A stretch of 64,000 bases of DNA from Patescibacteria group bacterium. Its GTDB lineage: Bacteria > Patescibacteriota > Minisyncoccia > UBA6257 > 02-FULL-45-10c. The number at the start of each line of letters is the position of its first letter. Position 1 is the first letter of the stretch. This document shows, piece by piece, positions 43,583-54,207 of the stretch. The translations under genes and the position numbers were made by a program. The stretch covers positions 1,286 through 65,285 of the forward strand of contig JAGWYA010000005.1 in the NCBI GenBank assembly GCA_018969615.1, written 5' to 3'. Under the pieces are notes generated by a model. That model was not told the DNA's origin and made no database searches. It saw nothing but the letters and a program-made list of their open reading frames with translations.

Positions 43583-44530
43583 ATGAAACTCTCCTTCATT
43601 TTGCCGCTGTATAACGAGGCGGAAAATCTCCCGCATCTCTTCGATTCGATCCATGCGGTCATCAAGGAGCATGGGTATGATTATGAGCTTATTGCGGTTG
43701 ATGACGGCTCCCGGGACGCCAGTTTTTCGGTATTGAAAGAGGCTGCAAAGAAGGATCCGAAGATCAAAGTGATCCGATTTTTGGTCAATAGCGGACAGAC
43801 GGCGGCGCTGAGCGCAGGCATTGAACATGCGACCGGCGATGTTCTGATCCCGCTGGATAGCGATCTTGAGAATGATCCGAAAGATATCCCGGTGCTACTT
43901 GCAAAGCTTGATGAGGGATATGATGTGGTCTCCGGGTGGCGGAAGGATCGCTGGAAAGGGAAGTTCCTGACGCGCAAAGTACCGTCGGTTACGGCGAACT
44001 GGCTGATCTCGAAGATAACCGGGGTTCATCTCCATGATTACGGATGCACACTGAAGGCGTATCGCGCCGAGGTCATTCGGGGCGTGAAGTTGTACGGGGA
44101 GATGCATCGGTTCATTCCTGCGTATGCCTCATGGCGCGGCGCCCGCGTGACCGAGGTTCCGGTCCGGTACCACCAGCGCATTCACGGGAAGAGCAATTAC
44201 GGGATCTCCCGCACATTCAAGGTTCTCTTGGACCTTCTTTTGATAAAATTCTTGCATAAATATATGGATCGCCCGATGCACTTTTTCGGAGGGCTGGGGC
44301 TTGTTTCGCTTGCCCTGGGACTTTTAGCGGGATTAGTCGCGATCGTGCTGAAGATCTTTGCTATCCGCCAGTTGGTCTCCACTCCGTTGCCGCAGCTTTC
44401 AGCGCTTTTCATTATTGTCGGCGTTCAACTTGCCGCGATGGGCGTGATCGCGGAAATGATCATGCGGATGTACTACGAAACACAGGATAAGCGGCCGTAT
44501 TCCGTTAAGGAAACGATTAATCTTGAATAA
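43583..44530 (+). CDS. GT2-family polyprenyl-phosphate glycosyltransferase with two C-terminal TM helices (ArnC/GtrB-like)
   Basis: ILPLYNEAENL...VDDGSRD...PLDSDLEND. C-terminal hydrophobic helices, as in ArnC. Confidence 0.85.
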   Translation: MKLSFILPLYNEAENLPHLFDSIHAVIKEHGYDYELIAVDDGSRDASFSVLKEAAKKDPKIKVIRFLVNSGQTAALSAGIEHATGDVLIPLDSDLENDPKDIPVLLAKLDEGYDVVSGWRKDRWKGKFLTRKVPSVTANWLISKITGVHLHDYGCTLKAYRAEVIRGVKLYGEMHRFIPAYASWRGARVTEVPVRYHQRIHGKSNYGISRTFKVLLDLLLIKFLHKYMDRPMHFFGGLGLVSLALGLLAGLVAIVLKIFAIRQLVSTPLPQLSALFIIVGVQLAAMGVIAEMIMRMYYETQDKRPYSVKETINLE

Positions 44531-44535
44531 TCGGC

Positions 44536-46413
44536 ATGTGCGGTATCGCCGGCTTCGTCGGAAAAGGAGAACAGCACGAGCTGGAACGGATGATCGATGC
44601 CCTGAAGCATCGCGGTCCTGACGACCGGGGTGTTTTTTTAGACGGCGGCGTCGGATTGGCGCATGCGCGTTTGAGCATTATCGATATTAGTCCGAGCGGG
44701 CATCAGCCGATGTTCTCGTCCGACCGGAGCGCGGCGATCGTTTTCAACGGGGAGATCTATAATTTTCGGGAATTGAAAGAAGAACTTTCGGCTGAAGGGC
44801 GCGTGTTTACGACCGGAAGCGACACCGAGGTTATTCTTCATGCCTATGAGAGATGGGGAACTGATTGCTTTAAGCATTTGAACGGCATGTTCGCGATCGC
44901 GATCTATGACTTTCCCAAGAAAAGCCTGATCTTGGCGCGGGACCGCATGGGGAAGAAGCCGTTGTACTGGTCGCAGGCGGGAGGAACGGTTTTGTTCGGA
45001 TCCGAATTGCGGGCGCTTTCATGCCACCATCTTTTTAAGAAGAAACTTGATCTTGTATCGGTGAATAAATATTTTGCGTACGGGTATGTTCCGACTCCGC
45101 ACACGATCTTTGAAGGAGTGCGGAAGCTTGAACCAGGTACGTTCTTGGAACACCGCGAAGGCGCGATCAGGACCGGGAAGTTTTGGGCTGTGGATCAGCG
45201 TGAGGCGGATATCGATCTTGCCGAAGCGATCCGCATAGTGGATCGCGAACTGGATCGGAGCGTAAAGGCGCGGCTGATCGCCGACGTGCCGCTGGGGATC
45301 TTTTTGAGCGGAGGATTGGACAGCTCGACGATCGCATATTATGCCCAGAAACACTCAAAGCGGAAGATCAAAACATTCTCCGTCGGTTTTCATGAGAAGA
45401 GCTTTGATGAATCCGCGTATGCCCGGGAAGTGGCGGAGCATTTGGGGACCGATCATCATCACGTTATGCTGCCGCCGGATGAGGCGCTGAAGGTCATTCC
45501 CTCGCTTTTGGACCTGATCGACGAACCGATCGCCGATCCCTCGATCGTGCCGACCTATCTGCTTTCAAAGCATACGCGCCGGGAGGTGACGGTTGCGCTC
45601 GGCGGCGACGGAGGTGATGAGCTTTTTGCCGGCTATCCGACATTCCAGGCGGATGTTTTTGTGGCGATGTATCGCCGGATCCCTGCTTGGATTAGAAAAA
45701 ATATCATCGGGAAGCTTGTGAATGCGCTGGCGGTCTCGGATAAGAATTTCAGCCTCGGATTCAAGGTGCGGAAATTCGTTGAAGGCGTTGAAGGTGATCC
45801 GAAATATCTCCATCAGCGCTGGCTTTCCGTTATGGATGACAGCGCTCGGCGGGCATTGTTCAATCCCGATACATGGGAGAAGATAGGCCGGAAAAATGTA
45901 TTTGAAGATGTCGATCGCTATAGGGACGAGGTCGCGGCGATGCCTGATGAGAGAAATCGGGTGCTGTATGAGTATATGCGCACTTATATGATGGACCAGG
46001 TACTAGTGAAGGTTGACCGCGCAAGCATGCTGAACGCGCTTGAGGTCCGCGCGCCGTTCCTTGACCGTTCCATTGTTGATTTCGTGGCCCCGCTTCCGTA
46101 TGCTTTTAAGCTCAGGAATCTCCGCACAAAATATATCCTGAAGGAGCTTATGAAAGATCGCCTCCCGAAGCGCATCGTTATGAGGACGAAAAAAGGATTC
46201 GGTCTTCCGATCGCCCGGTGGCTGAAAGGGGATCTGAAGGAGTTTTGCGACGAAACGCTGTCGCGGAAGAATATTGATGGAATTGGCGTGCTGAACTATG
46301 GCTATGTTGAGGGTCTCAAGCAGGATCATTTTTCCGGTCGCGCGGACAATGCGCGGCAGTTATGGGCGTTGATGGTATTCGTGGCATGGCATAAGAGAAA
46401 TTTTGCGGTATGA
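44536..46413 (+). CDS. asnB: asparagine synthase (glutamine-hydrolysing) family amidotransferase; second paralogue
   Basis: MCGIAGF N-terminus. SGGLDSS. 625 aa. Confidence 0.9.
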   Translation: MCGIAGFVGKGEQHELERMIDALKHRGPDDRGVFLDGGVGLAHARLSIIDISPSGHQPMFSSDRSAAIVFNGEIYNFRELKEELSAEGRVFTTGSDTEVILHAYERWGTDCFKHLNGMFAIAIYDFPKKSLILARDRMGKKPLYWSQAGGTVLFGSELRALSCHHLFKKKLDLVSVNKYFAYGYVPTPHTIFEGVRKLEPGTFLEHREGAIRTGKFWAVDQREADIDLAEAIRIVDRELDRSVKARLIADVPLGIFLSGGLDSSTIAYYAQKHSKRKIKTFSVGFHEKSFDESAYAREVAEHLGTDHHHVMLPPDEALKVIPSLLDLIDEPIADPSIVPTYLLSKHTRREVTVALGGDGGDELFAGYPTFQADVFVAMYRRIPAWIRKNIIGKLVNALAVSDKNFSLGFKVRKFVEGVEGDPKYLHQRWLSVMDDSARRALFNPDTWEKIGRKNVFEDVDRYRDEVAAMPDERNRVLYEYMRTYMMDQVLVKVDRASMLNALEVRAPFLDRSIVDFVAPLPYAFKLRNLRTKYILKELMKDRLPKRIVMRTKKGFGLPIARWLKGDLKEFCDETLSRKNIDGIGVLNYGYVEGLKQDHFSGRADNARQLWALMVFVAWHKRNFAV

Positions 46414-48383
46414 TCACAGCTTTTCTTACAATTTTCTTTACGGCGGGCCTGCTGTTCTTCGGGTATGTGTTTACGGTCTTTGTTTTGGATGAGCGGAGGA
46501 TCTTCGCGGCGGTCCCGCTCTCTGCGGTCATCGGATTCGGTGCGTATGTCTTTTTCTTGAATGCGGTTTCATATTTTGTTCCGGTGGGAATAAGTTTCTT
46601 CGCTGTTTTTTATGCGTTGCTTGCGGTGGCGCTCGGCATATATTTTTTTCGGCGGAAAGACCCGGATAGATTAACGCTTGGCGGATTAACGTCGCGTCAG
46701 CTCAAAATGATCTTGATTATTGCCGCGCTGATCTCGATGGTTTCAGGAATCGTTGCGGTACGCACTCTTGAGCTGGACGATATGTCTCTGACTCATTTGT
46801 CGCTTGCATCCACGATCGCTCAGGGGAATTTCCCGGTCATGGATCCTTCGGCCCCTGACCATCCGATGGGATATCATTATGCGCCCGATCTCTTGGTTGC
46901 CGCTACCGGGCAGGTAGTCGGTCTTCCGCTCTGGTTGGGATATGACTACCAGACGTTCCTTTTCAGCGGCTTAACATTCCTGCTTGCATTTGTGCTTGCG
47001 TGGTACCTTTCCGCATCATATTTAGGTTCTTTACTTGCCGCGCTTTTCTTTACGTACGGCGGAGGGCTTCTTTGGCTTAACTTCACCGCCGGCATCAGTC
47101 CGCTGTGGCAGAAATTTGTTCTGCATCAGAATGTTTTTGCGCCATGGAAATTTTTATGGTTTATGACCTATCCGCGGCTGAATACCAGTTTTATCTATGC
47201 GATGAATAATCATAGCATCGCTTTGGGAACGCCGGTCATGCTCCTCGCGCTCTACGCTTATTTCCGGGCACTCGAATTCCGCGGTTGGAAGTCGGTGAAG
47301 TTTTTGACCCTTGCCGGGCTTTTATTCGGCTATCTGGCATTGAGCGTTGAAACGAATTTTGCAGTGCTTTTAGCGGGATTTTTCTGCGTTCTGGCGGCTG
47401 TGACAGCGGTTCATGTTTTGCAAATGCGCGGAAAATTTTCCGGCATTGAACTTCCTGGCGGTAAGAAAACACTCTTCATATTCACAGGGATCGTATCTAC
47501 GGTGGGACTCGGGATCGCATTCTATCAGGGTGGGATATTTTCAACTTTGGGTTCGGGTGGCGCACATACGTTTGGGTTAGCAACGAAGTTCTGGGAGATC
47601 GGTTTCAATGGCGGAACGACAACGATCCTAAGCTGGGAATTCTTGAAAGAGTTTGGGTTCCCGTTCATTTTGTTCTTTCCAGCGGTCCTATTCTATCGGA
47701 AGGATAAGAAGATTCTGTTTTTGGGGCTGCTCGCCGCTATTGCGTTCAGCGTTCCATTTATCGTTCATTACGTTTCACGTCCGTGGGAGATGAACAGGTT
47801 CTTTGCTATGGCGACGCCGCTTTTCGCGTTCATTGTTGGCCTGTATCTTGGCAATAAACTTGAGGCGCCCGGCCGCACGCGGCGATCGAAGGTCGTGTTA
47901 TGGAGCGTGGGGGCGCTGGTGATACTGTCCGGTGTTATGTTCCAGGCGGTGTCGGTATTAACGCCGTTCGGCAGCATCGGAAAGTTCGATCAGCCGCTTT
48001 TAGCGATGCCTCCGGCGCCGAGTTCCGCTGATCAGCCTGCGTATGCTTGGATCGAAAAGAACACGACGATCAAGGACAGGTTCTTCCCGTTCAGCGTTGA
48101 TTTTATTCGTGATACCGGACGATTCACGCCGGGTTATTTTGAGAATGGCGAGATAAACACATACCCCAATGAAATAGCAGCGTATGATGCTATCATGAAT
48201 TCATGTTCTGCGAGGGCTTTGGAGCAGTTAAATATAGACTATGTGTATATTTCATCGTTTACGCCTAATGGGAATTTGAGCGTCGATTGCTTGAATCAAT
48301 TAAAAGCGAATCTTGTCTATCAAGGAGATGGTGGTGAAGGGGAAACTAGTAAGATCTATCGTGTTAGTTATAACCGACCATAA
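46410..48383 (+). CDS. large polytopic membrane protein (657 aa). A possible glycan polymerase or GT-C-fold enzyme.
   Basis: More than 12 TM helices. Translationally coupled to asnB (ATGA overlap). No family assigned. Confidence 0.55.
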   Translation: MITAFLTIFFTAGLLFFGYVFTVFVLDERRIFAAVPLSAVIGFGAYVFFLNAVSYFVPVGISFFAVFYALLAVALGIYFFRRKDPDRLTLGGLTSRQLKMILIIAALISMVSGIVAVRTLELDDMSLTHLSLASTIAQGNFPVMDPSAPDHPMGYHYAPDLLVAATGQVVGLPLWLGYDYQTFLFSGLTFLLAFVLAWYLSASYLGSLLAALFFTYGGGLLWLNFTAGISPLWQKFVLHQNVFAPWKFLWFMTYPRLNTSFIYAMNNHSIALGTPVMLLALYAYFRALEFRGWKSVKFLTLAGLLFGYLALSVETNFAVLLAGFFCVLAAVTAVHVLQMRGKFSGIELPGGKKTLFIFTGIVSTVGLGIAFYQGGIFSTLGSGGAHTFGLATKFWEIGFNGGTTTILSWEFLKEFGFPFILFFPAVLFYRKDKKILFLGLLAAIAFSVPFIVHYVSRPWEMNRFFAMATPLFAFIVGLYLGNKLEAPGRTRRSKVVLWSVGALVILSGVMFQAVSVLTPFGSIGKFDQPLLAMPPAPSSADQPAYAWIEKNTTIKDRFFPFSVDFIRDTGRFTPGYFENGEINTYPNEIAAYDAIMNSCSARALEQLNIDYVYISSFTPNGNLSVDCLNQLKANLVYQGDGGEGETSKIYRVSYNRP

Positions 48384-48386
48384 ATT

Positions 48387-49382
48387 ATGAAAGAGAAATT
48401 GCTTTTTTTGGTTAAATTATCTATCAGCATATTTTTGCTTTATTTAATTTTTACTAAAATAAGTTTTACAGCAATTTTTGATTCATTGCGCCATGCGGAC
48501 CCCACTTATTTTTTGATCGGATTTTTGACATTATTTATCGCGCTTGTTTTGAATACTAAGAAGTGGCAGCTTTTACTCAGATCCTTAAATTTTAATGAAG
48601 ATTTGCTTTCGCTTATAAAACTTAATTTAATAGGGACTTTTTATGGGACATTTCTTCCGGGCGGACAGATGACGGGTGAGGTTGCAAAATGTTATCGCAT
48701 ATCAAAAGGCAGGGATGATAAGCATAAGATTATTTTTTCTGTAGCCATGGATAGATTAATAAGCCTGATAACTTTTGTTTTTGTAGGGGCTGCGGCTTTT
48801 ATGATTGCGAGACCCAATATCCCAATGTATAGAGAGATCTTATCGGTCTTTATTGTATTTTTGTTTGCGTCGTTTCTGACCCTTTCCCTTTTTAGTGAAA
48901 AATTATTTTTTGTGATCTCTGGTTTACATAAGTATTTGTTGGGCGGGAATGAGAGTCATATAATATACCGCATATCACATCGAGCAATTGATACATTGTT
49001 CTCTTATAGGAATTCTGGTCGCACACTTTTCTATGCCTTTGTTTGGGGATTGGGATTTCAGCTCATGAATACATTGGGTACATATTTTTTCTCGTTGGCG
49101 GTAAGTGCCAACTTGCCGTTCATAGAACTGTTGTGGGTTAATACTTTAGTAAATATTGTAGTTGTCTTGCCAGTGGCTATTATGGGGCTCGGTGTACGCG
49201 AGATCAGTTTTGCATACCTTCTTTCTCTATTTGGAATTGCAATTTCAAAAAGCGTCAGCTTATCTTTATTAATTTTTACCGTAGCGCTTTTTAGCGCGAT
49301 TGTAGGCGGGGGTATTGAGTTGCACGAAGCTTTTATTAAAAATAATAAGTTGAATTCTGTGTCGAATAATAAAATTGCATGA
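48387..49382 (+). CDS. flippase-like membrane protein (lysylphosphatidylglycerol-synthase TM-region / UPF0104 family)
   Basis: FLVKLSISIFLLYLIF...W..LLRSL...GTFYGTFLPGGQMTGEVAKCYRISK is a characteristic block. AT-rich gene. Confidence 0.7.
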   Translation: MKEKLLFLVKLSISIFLLYLIFTKISFTAIFDSLRHADPTYFLIGFLTLFIALVLNTKKWQLLLRSLNFNEDLLSLIKLNLIGTFYGTFLPGGQMTGEVAKCYRISKGRDDKHKIIFSVAMDRLISLITFVFVGAAAFMIARPNIPMYREILSVFIVFLFASFLTLSLFSEKLFFVISGLHKYLLGGNESHIIYRISHRAIDTLFSYRNSGRTLFYAFVWGLGFQLMNTLGTYFFSLAVSANLPFIELLWVNTLVNIVVVLPVAIMGLGVREISFAYLLSLFGIAISKSVSLSLLIFTVALFSAIVGGGIELHEAFIKNNKLNSVSNNKIA

Positions 49383-50530
49383 AAATATTATTGGTAAATT
49401 ATGAGTTTCCTCCCATAGGCGGCGGAGGGGGGAGGGTTTCTTATGAGCTAGTGAAGCACCTTAAAGATGGGGCGCACTTTGATGTGTTAACTTCTTCTTT
49501 TCCTAAAGAAAATATTTCCCCCGACCCCATCGCCGACGTAACGATTTATCCAGTTGCGTCTTATCGAAGGTCCATACATCAGGCGGGGGCACTTGGAATG
49601 CTAACATTTTTATTTTTTGGCTATTTTCGTTTCAAGAAATTAATAAGAAATAATGAATACGATCTAATCCACTATTTTTTTAGCGTACCCACGGGCCTCC
49701 TGTCTTTTTTTCAACCAAAGCATATCCCATATATAGTTTCATTAAATGGCGGAGACGTCCCCACGTACAATAAAGGGGAGATGGCTGTATTCCATAAACT
49801 GATCAAATTTTTAAATAAAAGAATTTTAAAAAATGCTGCAGCCGTTACGGCGGTCAGTAGGGATCTAGGCGAGGTTGCAAAACGAGAATTGGAATTAAGA
49901 AATTACTCGGTTATCCATAACGGCATTGATGTCGCTAATGTAAAAAGGCGATCCGAAGGGATTAAGAAAGGAACGGACAGATTGAAGATTGTTTGCGTTT
50001 CCCGACTCGCTCCTTGGAAGAAGATCGATCTATTGATCGAGGCTATTAAAGATATTGATGTAGATCTTGTGATTATTGGGGAAGGCGGATCAAGAGAAAG
50101 CCTTCAGAAATTGGTTGGAGATCTGAATTTAGAAAGGCGTGTTAGTTTTAAGGGGTCGGTCGGGCACGATGAGGTTAACAAATATTTGGATGAATCAGAC
50201 GCATTCGTACTTCCATCTATAGGTGATTCTTTCGGTATAGTGTTTTTAGAAGCAATGGCGCGAGGCGTGCCCGTTGTAGCGGCTCGAGCCGGCGGCGTCC
50301 CCGAAATTATACAGGATAATTATAGTGGCATACTGGTGCCTCCCAATGATATTTTGGATTTAAAGAATGCTATACTGAAACTGAAGAATGACCCTGCTTT
50401 GAGGCGTAAGTATTCTCAAAATGCCCTAAAGACAGTCGAAGAGAGATTTTCTTGGCAAAAGATTTCAGGTGAGTATTACGCTTTATATCAAAAAGTCATA
50501 GAGCATAAGAATAATCACTCTAATGAATAG
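49379..50530 (+). CDS. GT4-family glycosyltransferase
   Basis: MKILLVNYEFPPIGGGGGRV N-terminus. ...GIVFLEAMARGVPVVAARAGGVPE. Confidence 0.88.
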   Translation: MKILLVNYEFPPIGGGGGRVSYELVKHLKDGAHFDVLTSSFPKENISPDPIADVTIYPVASYRRSIHQAGALGMLTFLFFGYFRFKKLIRNNEYDLIHYFFSVPTGLLSFFQPKHIPYIVSLNGGDVPTYNKGEMAVFHKLIKFLNKRILKNAAAVTAVSRDLGEVAKRELELRNYSVIHNGIDVANVKRRSEGIKKGTDRLKIVCVSRLAPWKKIDLLIEAIKDIDVDLVIIGEGGSRESLQKLVGDLNLERRVSFKGSVGHDEVNKYLDESDAFVLPSIGDSFGIVFLEAMARGVPVVAARAGGVPEIIQDNYSGILVPPNDILDLKNAILKLKNDPALRRKYSQNALKTVEERFSWQKISGEYYALYQKVIEHKNNHSNE

Positions 50531-51275
50531 TCCTAGCTACAGAAAGATTTTATTAAAGCAGTACCTGTCTGTTTTTAAGAATCTGCACGGTGATAATAAA
50601 AAGAGGCAGCGCGCTGATTTGGAAAAAAATATAAATTTCTTTAGGCATAATTATTTAAATTTATTGCCTCTTAAAAAGGACGTTGCCATATTAGAGATCG
50701 GACCAGGCATGGGGCAGTTTCAGGTATTTTTAAAACGTGAAGGTTATGTGCATGTTCGGGGCATAGATGGATCGGAAGAAATAGCTCAATATTGCAAGGC
50801 AAATGACCTCCATGTTTCTTATGAGGAAAATTTTATCGACTTTTTTAATCAGGAGGAAAATAAGAATACTCTTGATCTGATTATTGCTAATGACATCCTA
50901 GAACATTTCACGAAGCAGGAGCTGGTTGATCTTTTAGGGGCGATGAAAGGGGCTTTGCGAGATGGCGGAGCTATTATTGCTAAGGTTCCAAACGCCTCAG
51001 CGTGTTTCGTTGCTACAAATAATAGGTATGGCGATTTTACGCACGAGCTTATGTTTACTGAGTTTAGTTTGCAGCAGCTTTGTGGAGCTTTGGGTTTCAG
51101 TCGTATAGAGTTCTTTGCCCCGAATCTTTTTTGTTTCTATTATAATCCGCTGAACTATATTGGACTTTCATTAAATTTCCTTTTGAAATTAATTCAGATT
51201 GGCATACATAGACTCAATGGAAACTTTGATGTAAATATAGTTACGAATAACATTATTTTTAAACTATATAAATAG
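50523..51275 (+). CDS. class I SAM-dependent methyltransferase
   Basis: ILEIGPGMGQF...LRDGGAIIAKVPN. Confidence 0.8.
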   Translation: MNSPSYRKILLKQYLSVFKNLHGDNKKRQRADLEKNINFFRHNYLNLLPLKKDVAILEIGPGMGQFQVFLKREGYVHVRGIDGSEEIAQYCKANDLHVSYEENFIDFFNQEENKNTLDLIIANDILEHFTKQELVDLLGAMKGALRDGGAIIAKVPNASACFVATNNRYGDFTHELMFTEFSLQQLCGALGFSRIEFFAPNLFCFYYNPLNYIGLSLNFLLKLIQIGIHRLNGNFDVNIVTNNIIFKLYK

Positions 51276-51314
51276 CTTTTTGCATTTTTCAGAATTTTTT
51301 ACTTTTGGCTTTTT

Positions 51315-53114
51315 ATGCATCATTTACGATCTAGTATGGAAGTGATCAAGAGGCATCACTTGGTATTGTCATTCGCTTTAATTGTAGGCCTTATTTATGT
51401 CGGGCCATATTTATTTTTCGCATACCATCTCGGCGCCGGTTATCAGGGGATTAATATTACCCGCGCGCCAGACGAAGAGGGGTATCTTACGATCGTCAAT
51501 TCGCTCGCCCGGCGGGGAATAGTGGGAGATCCGTATATCTTTGAATATAGGGATCTGGGGAATAACGTGAACTATTATAGTATCGAATATTTTTTGGCGG
51601 CGACCGCGAACGCTTTCCACGTCATGGTTCCTGATCTGATCCTGGGGCTTAAGTTTCTCGCCCCCGCTGTTCTTTTTGGGGTTGTGTATCTTTTTACCTT
51701 AGAGCTGATGGGGTCGTCAGGCGGGGCGCTTTTCGTTGCGTTGCTTGTTCTTTTGGGGAATGAAGTTGCGCGTACGGGACTTGCTGCGATCCCCGCCCTT
51801 TTTTCCGGAACAGTCGCCTCTACCGATTTTTTGACCTATGCGCGTCCGGTGAATCCGGCGGAAAGTTCCATTCTCTTTTTTGCAGTGCTGTGGCTCATTT
51901 TGAAGTTATACAAAGGCGAACGGAAGTTCGGATCGCTGCCTGCCGCCGCTGCGGTTGGTTTTGCGGTCGGGGCGATGTCGTACATTTATTTTTATTTTTG
52001 GGCCTTTCCTCTGATCTTATGCGGCGTAGTTTTACTGTATGATCTCTTTACGCGAAATAAGGAAGGAGCAAAGCGATTTTTTGTGGCGTTGGCCGCAAGC
52101 GCCTTCGCGGCGGTACCGTTCTTTTTTAATACAGCGGCTCTTTTCCTGGCACCTCCCGCGAACGGCGATTTCGGTGCGCCGCTCCAGAAGGCCTTTACGC
52201 GGACGCATCAGATCATTCCTGAGAAAACCATTTTGCTCCCATTGGTCGTTTTCGCGGTTTTGTATGCGCTGTGGAAATATTCCAAAGAAAAGTGGGGTGA
52301 AGAAGCCGGCCGGTTTGTGAAAAAATATGCTTTTGTCGCTTTGCTTCTTATAACGGGGATCATCGCTTCGAACGAGCAGGTGATCACGGGCATTGAGGTC
52401 CAGCAGCATCATTTCCATTTTTATACCAATATTCCGATGTTGCTGATCGCCGTGGGCATCATGGTGTATGAACTGGTCCGATTGATTCCGCACTGGTGGC
52501 GCGTCACGGCCTTAGGCGGTATTTCTCTTTTTGTGGTCACGTTTGCGATCCAGATCCAGGCTTCATCGTATGCGGCATGGAAACAGGATTTTATTTCTTA
52601 TCAGCGGTATGCCCCGGTCTTTTCGTGGCTGCGATTGAATAGCGGGACGGATACTGTGGTATATGCCGATCAAACAATGTCCGAGATGATCCCGATCTAT
52701 ACGCAGGATTATACATATGGATCGCTGCACGCGGCCGCGTATCCTGTCCCGGTCGTGCGTCTGGAGCATAATTACTTTATGACGCTTTTTTTGCGGGGGG
52801 TTACGAAAGATGATGCGCTTGTGTATCTTTCGGATCCGGAGCATCGGAACGAGATGGGGCAATATATTTTTGAAGGACAGTATTGGAAAGACATGTGCGG
52901 ATCATACGGGTGTTTTCCCGATGCGACATTCAAGAGTTTGGTAAATGATTATGTTTCATTCCTTGGCAATTCTTTTGAGACAAACTTAAAGGAGTATAAA
53001 GTTAACTATATTGTGTGGGACATGGCCAATGATCCAGAATGGAATTTGGGCGGTTACGTATTTCTTAAAGAGGTATATTCTGGAGAACAGATTAAAATAT
53101 TTAAGGTTAATTAA
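51315..53114 (+). CDS. polytopic membrane protein with a C-terminal extracytoplasmic domain (599 aa). Possibly a glycan-processing enzyme or a GT-C-fold protein.
   Basis: About 12 TM helices, then a ~170-aa soluble domain. No family assigned. Confidence 0.55.
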   Translation: MHHLRSSMEVIKRHHLVLSFALIVGLIYVGPYLFFAYHLGAGYQGINITRAPDEEGYLTIVNSLARRGIVGDPYIFEYRDLGNNVNYYSIEYFLAATANAFHVMVPDLILGLKFLAPAVLFGVVYLFTLELMGSSGGALFVALLVLLGNEVARTGLAAIPALFSGTVASTDFLTYARPVNPAESSILFFAVLWLILKLYKGERKFGSLPAAAAVGFAVGAMSYIYFYFWAFPLILCGVVLLYDLFTRNKEGAKRFFVALAASAFAAVPFFFNTAALFLAPPANGDFGAPLQKAFTRTHQIIPEKTILLPLVVFAVLYALWKYSKEKWGEEAGRFVKKYAFVALLLITGIIASNEQVITGIEVQQHHFHFYTNIPMLLIAVGIMVYELVRLIPHWWRVTALGGISLFVVTFAIQIQASSYAAWKQDFISYQRYAPVFSWLRLNSGTDTVVYADQTMSEMIPIYTQDYTYGSLHAAAYPVPVVRLEHNYFMTLFLRGVTKDDALVYLSDPEHRNEMGQYIFEGQYWKDMCGSYGCFPDATFKSLVNDYVSFLGNSFETNLKEYKVNYIVWDMANDPEWNLGGYVFLKEVYSGEQIKIFKVN

Positions 53115-53120
53115 GAAATA

Positions 53121-54179
53121 ATGGTCGTCCATTTTTTTACCAAAGGCGATAAAAACGTAGCAAGTTCGCGTTACAGGGGCTATTATTGGGCTGAAGGCTT
53201 GATTCGAGCCGGCCATCACGCCGATGTATATCCGATCAGTGCCGACTTTAAAGCGACGAATTCTTTTGGTAAAAATATCAGCCTTTTTTTCAAATATCTT
53301 CGACTCCTAACCTCTTTTCGGGGGAAAAATGAAGCGATCTTCCTCCAGCGTACCGTTTATAATAAGTATTTCTTTTTAGACATACTTTTGGTCCGTCTGT
53401 TTTTGGGAAGAAAGTATATTTTTGATATGGATGACGCGGTTTTTGAGCATTCATTTTTAAAAACATGGATATTAGTGAAACTGGCAAGCGCGGTGACATG
53501 TGGTAGCATGTTTATTTTTGAATGGGCGAAAAAGCATAATAAAAATTCATTTTATTTTCTGAACTCACTTCCACCGGATATTTATGCCTCTCGTCATGGA
53601 TCGGGCTCCGATATCCCGGTGATCGGCTGGGCAGGCGATGGTCCGGCACATTTTGAGAACTTGAAGTTGCTCCCCCCGATCTTCGAACGGCTTATTGCTG
53701 ATGGACTTCGTTTTAAGTTCACTCTTATCGGCGCATTGGGGGATGGGCGCGTGCATGACCTATTTGCCTCTGTTAAAGGATTAGATTACGCGATCATCGA
53801 TCGCTTGGACTGGTCGGATCCCCGCAATGTAGCTCGTGAGATCGCGCAGTTCGATATTGGGATCATGCCGATGATAGAGAACCGATGGAATAAGGCGAAG
53901 TATTTTAAGACTCTGGAATATATGGCATGCGGAGTTCCTGCGCTCGCGGGGGATTTTGGTGAAAATACGCATATTATTGAGAATGGCGAAAATGGATTTC
54001 TTCTGAAAGATGGCGAAGAATGGTATCAGAAATTAAAGCTTCTTATTTCGGACAAAGATCTGAGAATAAAACTTGGAAAGAGAGGACTGGAAACTATTAA
54101 AGAGCGTTTCTCGCTCGAAAAAGCGACCGCGAGATTAATAAACACGCTTATTCAGTCGCATCTGATCGAAAAGGAGTAA
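53121..54179 (+). CDS. group-1 (GT4-like) glycosyltransferase
   Basis: C-terminal LEYMACGVPALAGDFGENTHIIENGENGFL, the typical GT-B C-domain. Confidence 0.72.
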   Translation: MVVHFFTKGDKNVASSRYRGYYWAEGLIRAGHHADVYPISADFKATNSFGKNISLFFKYLRLLTSFRGKNEAIFLQRTVYNKYFFLDILLVRLFLGRKYIFDMDDAVFEHSFLKTWILVKLASAVTCGSMFIFEWAKKHNKNSFYFLNSLPPDIYASRHGSGSDIPVIGWAGDGPAHFENLKLLPPIFERLIADGLRFKFTLIGALGDGRVHDLFASVKGLDYAIIDRLDWSDPRNVAREIAQFDIGIMPMIENRWNKAKYFKTLEYMACGVPALAGDFGENTHIIENGENGFLLKDGEEWYQKLKLLISDKDLRIKLGKRGLETIKERFSLEKATARLINTLIQSHLIEKE

Positions 54180-54207
54180 GATAAGAGTAGGCTATCCATT
54201 ATTTCTT